NCBI GenBank assembly: GCA_031416315.1
Contig: JANOTL010000096.1
Coordinates: 1-11,750, forward strand
Source: Pseudomonadota bacterium
Lineage (GTDB): Bacteria; Bdellovibrionota_B; Oligoflexia; Oligoflexales; CAIYRB01
Direction: 5' to 3'
DNA length: 11,750 nucleotides
Shown here: piece after piece, positions 1 through 6,557 of the stretch
Position numbering within the stretch: position 1 is the first letter of the stretch
Layout of the letters: each line of letters opens with the position of its first letter
Notes under the pieces: generated by a model
What the model was told of the DNA's origin: nothing
Seen by the model: only the letters and a program-made list of their open reading frames with translations
The model's database searches: none
Position numbers and translations under genes: made by a program

Positions 1-152
1 CCCTCGACCTCGGCATCGGTCCCCGACGGCACGTACCCCACCACCGTCCCGTCCGCACCCCATGCCACGCAAGGCTCGAAAAGCCCGCCCCCGCCGCGAC
101 GCTCCGCCAGCACACGCTCCGCCGCATCGCGCCAGTCGGGAGTCCTCGTCAC
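1..152 (-). CDS. 5' portion of a hypothetical protein, truncated by the window edge
   Basis: Not in the ORF track. GTG at 152-150 overlaps the crotonase TGA (GTGA coupling), with AAGGAG (166-161) 8 nt upstream. The frame is open to base 1: MTRTPDWRDAAERVLAERRGGGGLFEPCVAWGADGTVVGYVPSGTDAEVE... No family recognised. Confidence 0.6.
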   Translation of the reverse strand, partial: MTRTPDWRDAAERVLAERRGGGGLFEPCVAWGADGTVVGYVPSGTDAEVE

Positions 153-955
153 CCCTTCGTCTCCTTCCCCGTTTTCCGCCCCTTCTCCCCGAACCCCTGC
201 AAAAAAGCTGCATGCCCCGGATTGCGCCAAAGCCGCCCGAAAATCTCCAGCTCCCCCGCCTGTGCGGCACCCGGATGCGCGCGCACCGCCAAACGAAACA
301 TCGCCTTCTGCGCCGCGACTGACTCCCGCCCGACCTCCGCCACGAGCGCCGTGACCAGCGCGTCGAGCCCGCTCAGATCCGGCACCACGCGGTGGAAAAG
401 GCCGAAATTGAGCGCCGTTTGGGCGTCGAGCGTCTCGCCTAGAAAGACAAGGCGCTGCGCCCGGGAAAGCCCGATGGCATCGACCAAGCGCTTGGCGCCG
501 CCATATCCCGTCGCCAGTCCGACTCGTAATTGCTTGAACGACAGGGAAGATGCGCTGGTCGCGATTCTCAAGTCGCCCCCGAGCGCAAGCTCGGCACCAC
601 CGCCGATCGCGGCGCCGTCAACGGCAATCACAACGAGGAGAGGCAGCTCATCGAACGCCTCCAGGAGGTTCGTGAGCATCGCCGCGTACCTTTGGGCACC
701 CTCTGCACTGTCGATCTCGTCGAGTTCTTTCAGGTCGCCACCCGCCACCCATATACGGTTCGGTCCCTTTAGGACCGGCTCCGCGGTAATGACCAGTGCG
801 CGGGGCGCAGAGCCGGCAGCGGCGCGTACGCCAAGCTCTGCAACGCATTCGGATAGCTCTCCGGCCAGCGAAGTGCCGAGCGCGTTCATCCGCTCCGGGC
901 GACACAAGGTCCAGCGCTCGATGTTTCCCTGTTGGACGATGCCCACAAAACCCAT
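149..955 (-). CDS. Enoyl-CoA hydratase/isomerase (crotonase superfamily) protein, possibly ECHDC1/ethylmalonyl-CoA decarboxylase-like
   Basis: Crotonase motifs: LCRPERMNAL, oxyanion-hole AGGDLKEL, IAVDGAAIGGGAELALGGDLRIA, G(E)TLDAQTALNFGLFHRVV. I prefer the ATG at 955 (GAAGAGG SD-like upstream) over the TTG at 994 used in the ORF track. Confidence 0.9.
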   Translation of the reverse strand: MGFVGIVQQGNIERWTLCRPERMNALGTSLAGELSECVAELGVRAAAGSAPRALVITAEPVLKGPNRIWVAGGDLKELDEIDSAEGAQRYAAMLTNLLEAFDELPLLVVIAVDGAAIGGGAELALGGDLRIATSASSLSFKQLRVGLATGYGGAKRLVDAIGLSRAQRLVFLGETLDAQTALNFGLFHRVVPDLSGLDALVTALVAEVGRESVAAQKAMFRLAVRAHPGAAQAGELEIFGRLWRNPGHAAFLQGFGEKGRKTGKETKG

Positions 956-1013
956 CTCGCCCTCTTCGTATCCGGTACTTGCAGAATCCAGCAAACGTAG
1001 TCATCCCGCATGC

Positions 1014-1043
1014 TTGCTGGGAGCTGGCCTAGGTCCCTATAAT
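1014..1043 (+). promoter_or_regulatory. Putative sigma70-type promoter for the aroK-gsp transcript
   Basis: TTGCTG (1014-1019), 18-nt spacer, perfect TATAAT (1038-1043), in the divergent intergenic region of a GC-rich sequence where TATAAT is rare. Confidence 0.55.
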
Positions 1044-1168
1044 GAAGGTCTATAGAACCCTTCGCGACCATTTCTGCGACGACCGAGGCGCTTTTCGCTG
1101 CGGCCGGGCGCCACTCCCGGGCTAGACTGGGAAACAGTCAAGAAATTGAGCAGTTGCGAAGGTGAGCG

Positions 1169-1861
1169 ATGATTGCAGGTCAGGTTGAAGGTCAGGACGT
1201 GGTTTTGGACGAGAGTCGTTATTCTGGCAGCGAAGAGACGCAAGACGACGCGATGGGCTCGTGCGTGGTCCTCGTCGGTGGCATGGGCGCCGGCAAGACT
1301 TCGGTGGGCTGGCAACTGTCTCGCGCGATCGGCTTCGGCTTCATCGACATCGACCGGACGATCGAGCTCAAAGAAAAGAAAGCGATCACGACCATTTTCG
1401 AGAGCCGCGGCGAGCCTTACTTCCGCGCGCTGGAGAAGGCCGAGATCGAAAAGCTTACGAACCTAAGAAGTCATGTCGTGAGTGTTGGCGGTGGAGCCTT
1501 GATGGACGCCTCGAACTGGGAAATTCTGAATCGCATCGGCGCGACCGTGTGGCTGAACCCACCGGCCGGCGAGATCGCGCGCCGGATGCTCGCCGACGTC
1601 ACCCAGCTGAAGACCCGCCCGCTCCTCGCCGACGTCCTCGAGGTCGCGACGCCTCAGGAGCGCATCAAGATGCTGACCGAGCGCCTTACCGCCATCATCG
1701 GCATGCGCTCGGACGGCTACCGCAAGGCGCGGCTGACCGTCTCCGACTCGTTTTCGACCCCGGAATCGACCGCGCGCCTCGTCCGCGATCTCCTGGTTCG
1801 TGAAGGGCTTCTCAAGCTCCCTGAGGGCCATCGCCCGTTCGACCGCTGGGGCAGCATGTAA
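1169..1861 (+). CDS. aroK: Shikimate kinase
   Basis: Walker A GGMGAGKTSVG, DID, IFESRGEPYFRALE, VSVGGG, VWL, TRPLL (LID) and R..Y(RKA). AAGGTGA precedes the ATG at 1169; alternative ATG at 1253. Confidence 0.92.
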   Translation: MIAGQVEGQDVVLDESRYSGSEETQDDAMGSCVVLVGGMGAGKTSVGWQLSRAIGFGFIDIDRTIELKEKKAITTIFESRGEPYFRALEKAEIEKLTNLRSHVVSVGGGALMDASNWEILNRIGATVWLNPPAGEIARRMLADVTQLKTRPLLADVLEVATPQERIKMLTERLTAIIGMRSDGYRKARLTVSDSFSTPESTARLVRDLLVREGLLKLPEGHRPFDRWGSM

Positions 1862-1886
1862 AACGTTCCGCTACTCTTCGTCTCAC

Positions 1887-1907
1887 GTGAACTCAGGAAG
1901 AGTTCAC
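1887..1907. promoter_or_regulatory. Perfect inverted repeat GTGAACTC-N5-GAGTTCAC between aroK and gspC1 (hairpin or operator)
   Basis: 8-bp arms at 1887-1894 and 1900-1907, read directly. No U-tract follows, so it is not a classic intrinsic terminator. Function unknown. Confidence 0.4.
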
Positions 1908-1980
1908 CCCGTCTTGCCCGTGTCCCCGAGTCTTGAACGTCCTGCGCCAGGAACCATTGGAAGGGAATCCAACGGTAGTC

Positions 1981-2961
1981 ATGACTGAGTTCCCCGATAC
2001 GAAAATCGACGCATTCCCGTGGCGCGGCTGCCTGATCGCCGTCGGCGCGAGCTTTTTGTTCGCCTCGACCATCTCGACGCTCGTCGCCCAGTTCTTCCTG
2101 AACAAGGACACGAAGTCGATGGCGGCGCGCTCGGCGCAGCTCGCCTCGCGCTCGGATTTCGCCGTGCCCGGATCGACCGCGAGCCTCTCCTCGACCGCCG
2201 TCGACCAGATCCTGAAGAGGAACATCTTCAACTCCGAAGGCGCGGCGATCGACGACACGAAAAAGGTCGACGAGAACGGGCCGAAGACGGAGGAGGCGGT
2301 GAAGTCGACGCTCCCCGTGAAGCTCCTCGGCACGATCTACGGCGGCGATCCCCTGAGCGGCGCCGCGATGGTGGAGAACACCACCAAGAAGACGGTCAAC
2401 ACCTTCATGGTCGGCGAGATCCTGACCAAGGACGCGACCGTCAAAGAGATCCACGAGATGCGGGTCATCATCGACCACGACGGCCGCCTCGAGTTCATCG
2501 AGGTGGAGAAGCAGGAGCTCGCCCGCTCGAAGCGGAAGAAGAAGTCGAAGGATCCCGCGCCCTCCTCCGGCACGATCGCGCCGATCGCCACAGAGCCGCC
2601 CCCCTCCGCCTACAAGGAGGACGGCTTCGAGCGCAAAGAGCGCGAGATCTCGATGACGAGCGCCTACAAGAACAAGCTCCTTTCGACCGACTTCACCAAG
2701 GTGCTGCAGGACGCCAAAGCCTCGCCCAACATCGAGGGAGGCGAGCTCAAGGGCTTCGTCCTCACGCGCATCCGGAAGGACTCGATCTACGAGAAGGCGG
2801 GCCTCCAGAACGAAGACATCGTCACCGAGATCAACGGCATCGAGCTCAAGGACACGGCGCAAGCGATTCGCCTCCTGCAATCATTGCGCAACGAGGCCGA
2901 GATCGAGATCCGGGTCCTGCGTGGCGGCTCGCAAATGACCTTCAACATGAACGTGCGGTGA
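1981..2961 (+). CDS. gspC: Type II secretion system protein C, copy 1 (TM + HR + PDZ)
   Basis: N-terminal TM (CLIAVGASFLFASTISTLVAQFFL), RNIFNS, HR domain (VKLLGTI...AMVEN...VGEIL...VKEIHEMRVIIDHDGRLEFI) and PDZ (KGFVLTRIRKDSIYEKAGLQNEDIVTEING). Lies upstream of gspD. Start is uncertain (TTG 1933 or ATG 1981). Confidence 0.88.
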   Translation: MTEFPDTKIDAFPWRGCLIAVGASFLFASTISTLVAQFFLNKDTKSMAARSAQLASRSDFAVPGSTASLSSTAVDQILKRNIFNSEGAAIDDTKKVDENGPKTEEAVKSTLPVKLLGTIYGGDPLSGAAMVENTTKKTVNTFMVGEILTKDATVKEIHEMRVIIDHDGRLEFIEVEKQELARSKRKKKSKDPAPSSGTIAPIATEPPPSAYKEDGFERKEREISMTSAYKNKLLSTDFTKVLQDAKASPNIEGGELKGFVLTRIRKDSIYEKAGLQNEDIVTEINGIELKDTAQAIRLLQSLRNEAEIEIRVLRGGSQMTFNMNVR

Positions 2962-3977
2962 CCGTGGACCTCGGACGCCTGGCCAACATGATGAATCTGC
3001 GCCGCGAGCACGTCGGGCGGCTCGGCGCGCTCGGCATGCGCTGTTTGGGTGTCATCGCCGTCGCTTACATCGTCGCCTCGATGACCTCGACCTTCCTGAT
3101 GTCCGGCATGCTGAAGACCGCGATCTCGGCTTTCGGCAAGAAGCCGACGAAGCCGGCGATCGCGGCCTCGCTCTCCTTCGGCCCGGGCGAGAACTACCGG
3201 GACCTGATCAAGGCGATCAAAGACCGCAACATCTTCAACTCGGGGGGCGAGTTCCCCGATGAGAAGAATCCCGACGCGATCGACGGCGAAGGTAAGAAGA
3301 GCGTTTCGACCTTCGACCTGAACGCGCCCTGTCAGAAGCCAAAGGCGGCCGTCGAGCTCGTGGGGACGATCGTGATGGGCGAAGACTCCTCCATCGCCAC
3401 GATCCAAGAGCAGGGCTACAGCGAGGCCGACATCTACCGCGAAGGCGACTTCGTCATCGGCAACGAGACGGCGCAGATCGTCAAAATCGAAAGAAATCGC
3501 GTCATCATCAACAATGGCGGCGTGAAAGAGTGCCTGGAGCTCGCGGCGACGAAGGAGAAAAAGGACGGCGGCGCCTTCCCCGACGCCGCCCCGACCAAGC
3601 CGCCCGTCGGCGGCACCGCCTCGAAGACCGAAGACGGTGCGCCCGCGGCCGCCGGCACTGACTGCTCTTTGGAAGAAAAATACCTGCAGGATGAACTCGG
3701 CCCCGGCTTTGGTACAATCATCCAGAAAGCCCGCCTGGTCCCCAACACGACCGACAATGTGATGAACGGTTTCAAGATCTTCGCGATCGACGCCTCGAGT
3801 CTGATCGCGAAGATCGGCCTGAAGAACGGCGACATCATCACGCAGGTCAACGACACCAGCCTGAAGCAGCCCGAGCAAGGCTTCGCCCTCTACCAAGCTT
3901 TCCAAGACGAGCGCGAAGTCCGCGTTCACATTCTGCGCGGGAACGCCCCGCTGATGATCACGTGCCGCATCAAGTGA
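2958..3977 (+). CDS. gspC: Type II secretion system protein C, copy 2 (TM + HR + PDZ)
   Basis: Real 3' part of track ORF 2019..3977. GTG 2958 overlaps the gspC1 TGA (alternatives 2964, 2988, 2991). TM (CLGVIAVAYIVASMTSTFLM), RNIFNS, HR (VELVGTIV...IATI...YREGD...IVKIERNRVIINNGG) and PDZ (NGFKIFAIDASSLIAKIGLKNGDIITQVN). Confidence 0.88.
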   Translation: MTVDLGRLANMMNLRREHVGRLGALGMRCLGVIAVAYIVASMTSTFLMSGMLKTAISAFGKKPTKPAIAASLSFGPGENYRDLIKAIKDRNIFNSGGEFPDEKNPDAIDGEGKKSVSTFDLNAPCQKPKAAVELVGTIVMGEDSSIATIQEQGYSEADIYREGDFVIGNETAQIVKIERNRVIINNGGVKECLELAATKEKKDGGAFPDAAPTKPPVGGTASKTEDGAPAAAGTDCSLEEKYLQDELGPGFGTIIQKARLVPNTTDNVMNGFKIFAIDASSLIAKIGLKNGDIITQVNDTSLKQPEQGFALYQAFQDEREVRVHILRGNAPLMITCRIK

Positions 3978-4005
3978 CCGTCCGAAATACTAAAGGGAGA
4001 TGACG

Positions 4006-6540
4006 ATGCAAGCAGCTAAGTGGGGAAGAGGGTGCGCGATTGCCCTCACGCTCGCGCTCTCGGCGCCGGCGAGCCTCCGAGCGCAGGACGAAGAGCCCGC
4101 TCTCCCTGAAGACCAGCCAGTGCCGGAAGAAGTGCCGCAGCCGGGCGCCTCGCAGCCGGAGACCGAGGCCGACGTGCCCACCGAGCCGCCGCCCCCGGCC
4201 GCGCCGCGTCCAAAAGCGCCGGGCGCCGCACCCGCCGCCAAGACGCCGCCCCCGGCCGCGCCGTCCTCGACGCCGACCGCGACCGTCAAGGTGCCGTCGA
4301 AGGGCTCCGCCGGCGTCGCCGCCGGTCAAGACCTGGTCAACATCGACTTCCCCGAGCCGACCGAGATCAAGGACATCATCAAAGCCGTCGCCCTTTGGAC
4401 CGGCAAGAACGTGATCCTCGACCGGAACGTCAACGGCAAGGTGCAGATCATTTCGCCGCGCAAGGTGACGAAGGAAGAGGCCTACCAGGCCTTCCTCTCG
4501 GCTTTGAACCTCTTGGGCCTCACCACGGTCGAAACGGGCAAGGTCATCAAGATCATGCCGGTCCGGACCGCCGTCAAAGGCAACTTGAAGACTTTCCTCG
4601 GCGCCTCATGGACGCCGATGACGGACGAGATCATCACGCAGATCGTGCCGCTGAAGTACATCGACGCGAAAGAGATCCAGTCGACCTTGTCGCGCATCGT
4701 CTCGTCGAACTCGATGATCGCCTACCAGCCGACCAACACCCTGATCATCTCGGACTCCGGCTACAAAGTCCGCCGCGTCCTAGACATCCTCGAGCTCCTC
4801 GACGTCCAGGGCCAGCAGGCCCAGGTCGCCATCGTGCCGATCAAGTACGCCGATTCGAAGTCGATCGCCGACAAGGTCTCGGAGATCTTCAAGAACACCT
4901 CGGCCACGAAGAAGGGCACCGGCACCGGCAGCTACCGCTCCTACAAGATCATGACCGACGAGCGCACCAACTCGGTGATCATCTTCGGCCCGCCGCGCAC
5001 CATCGCCGACGTCAAGAGCTTGGTCCGGAAGTTCGACGTGCCGATCGACGACCCGTCGCGCCAGTCGCAGATCCACGTGCGCCCGCTCGACTACGCCGAC
5101 GCCAAGAAGCTGTCCGCGACCCTCTCGGCCCTGGCCTCGGGCGCCAAGGCGAAGTCGAACCAGCGCCGTCCGCCCATCTCGCCGCCGCCGCCCCCGGGCA
5201 TGCCGGGCGCCGCCAACAACGACCCCTTGGTCGCCGCCGAGCTCTCCGACGACGTCAAGATCGCCCCGGACGAAAGCTCCAACGCGCTCCTGATCACCGG
5301 TAGCCGCTCCGCGTACCAGACGATCAACTCGCTGATCAGGAAACTCGACATCCGCCGCTCGCAGGTCTTCATCGAAGCCGACATCTTAGACATCAACATG
5401 GACTCCGGCTTCAAGTTCGGCACGCACATCTTCGGCGGCCGCGGCGCGCCGAAAGGCACGGCCATCGCCACCGCGTGGCAGGCCGCGCCCATGGGGCCCC
5501 TCGTCGCCGCGCAGGCCTCCGGCACGACGGCCACCAACTCCGCGCAGCTGGAGAAAGTCGCCGGCACCTTCGCCGAGGACATGACGGTCGGCATCCTCTC
5601 CGGCAAAGAGGTCGAGATCGCCGGTCTCGGCAAGTTCCGGCCGGGCGCCCTGATCAAGATGATCAAGACCGACGCCAACACCCGGGTCCTCTCGTCGCCG
5701 CACCTCCTGACGTCGAACAACGAGGAAGCCCAGATTTCGGTCGGCGAGAAGGTCTTTTTCAAGGTCCAGGACTCGACGCCGAACGCCACCGGCAACATCG
5801 TCAACAAGACCGAGAACGAAAAAGCCGCGCTGACCTTGGCGATCAAGCCGACGATCAGCCACGCGAACTACGTCACGATGTCGGTCACCCTCGACGCCGA
5901 CTCGATCAACATCAACGCCGCGACGGGCCTGCCCTCGGTCGCCACGCGGAAGACGAAGCAGATCGTGACGGTGAAGAACGGCCAGACGATCGTCATCTCC
6001 GGCCTGGTGAAGACGACGGAATACCAGCGCTACAACAAGATCCCGCTCCTCGGCGACATCCCGATCTTGGGCTGGCTCTTCCGCAACTCCGACGTCGGCC
6101 AGAACCGCCAGAACCTGATGATCTTCCTGACGCCGCACGTGATCCACGGCGCCGACGATTTGGCCGCGGTCTACAAAGCCAAGGTGGAGGAAAGGGACCG
6201 CTTCCTCGCCTCGGTCTACGGCTCGGGCTATCGTGACGACGACTTCTACGCGATGCTGCCGACGCAGCAGGACGGCCTCTACCAGGCGAGCGAAGCCGAC
6301 GAGAGCGAGAAGCAGCGTCGCGAGGACCTCCTCCGCCAGATGAACAACGACGCCTCGCCGCCGAAGTATCCGCCCTCGGAGGCCGAGGCGCCGAAAGGCA
6401 CGAAGATGGACGAAGGCGCGGTCTACGTGCCCCTGTCCCCGGGTGACGACGACGGCGGCGGTGGCGGCGGCGCCATCGAGGCCCCGGAGCCCCCGCCGCC
6501 GCCGGAGCCGGCCGGTGGTGGTGACGGTGGTGGAGAATAA
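4006..6540 (+). CDS. gspD: Type II secretion system secretin D
   Basis: Sec signal peptide (..ASLRA|QD), N0 (VNIDF..TEIKDIIKAVALWTGKNVILD..VNGKVQII), N1-N3 repeats (IVPLKYIDA, IVPIKYADS, VRPLDYADA; TNTLII, TNSVII, SNALLI) and secretin core (LDIRRSQVFIEA, VLSSPHLLTSNNEEAQISVG, KIPLLGDIPILGWLFR, LMIFLTPHVI). GGAG spacing favours ATG 4006 over 4000. Confidence 0.96.
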   Translation: MQAAKWGRGCAIALTLALSAPASLRAQDEEPALPEDQPVPEEVPQPGASQPETEADVPTEPPPPAAPRPKAPGAAPAAKTPPPAAPSSTPTATVKVPSKGSAGVAAGQDLVNIDFPEPTEIKDIIKAVALWTGKNVILDRNVNGKVQIISPRKVTKEEAYQAFLSALNLLGLTTVETGKVIKIMPVRTAVKGNLKTFLGASWTPMTDEIITQIVPLKYIDAKEIQSTLSRIVSSNSMIAYQPTNTLIISDSGYKVRRVLDILELLDVQGQQAQVAIVPIKYADSKSIADKVSEIFKNTSATKKGTGTGSYRSYKIMTDERTNSVIIFGPPRTIADVKSLVRKFDVPIDDPSRQSQIHVRPLDYADAKKLSATLSALASGAKAKSNQRRPPISPPPPPGMPGAANNDPLVAAELSDDVKIAPDESSNALLITGSRSAYQTINSLIRKLDIRRSQVFIEADILDINMDSGFKFGTHIFGGRGAPKGTAIATAWQAAPMGPLVAAQASGTTATNSAQLEKVAGTFAEDMTVGILSGKEVEIAGLGKFRPGALIKMIKTDANTRVLSSPHLLTSNNEEAQISVGEKVFFKVQDSTPNATGNIVNKTENEKAALTLAIKPTISHANYVTMSVTLDADSININAATGLPSVATRKTKQIVTVKNGQTIVISGLVKTTEYQRYNKIPLLGDIPILGWLFRNSDVGQNRQNLMIFLTPHVIHGADDLAAVYKAKVEERDRFLASVYGSGYRDDDFYAMLPTQQDGLYQASEADESEKQRREDLLRQMNNDASPPKYPPSEAEAPKGTKMDEGAVYVPLSPGDDDGGGGGGAIEAPEPPPPPEPAGGGDGGGE

Positions 6541-6557
6541 GCCTTCCGGAGCCTGCG

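Noticed and set aside
62..1055. Plus-strand ORFs 62-322 and 222-1055
   Set aside because: Antisense to the crotonase; Ser/Pro/Arg-rich shadow translations.
2019..2957. 5' half of the 652-aa track ORF, suggesting a long overlapping or fused GspC
   Set aside because: Arg/Gly-rich off-frame read-through of gspC1. The real gspC2 begins at about 2958-2991, where the TM and normal composition start.
1981..3977. A single frameshifted gene or an assembly duplication
   Set aside because: Each ORF has a complete TM-HR-PDZ set, and the longest identical DNA I noticed between them is only 14 nt (AACATCTTCAACTC at 2221 and 3228).
6441..6537. GGC/GGT/CCG/GAC triplet runs
   Set aside because: They encode the low-complexity Gly/Pro/Asp tail of GspD and are not an independent repeat element.
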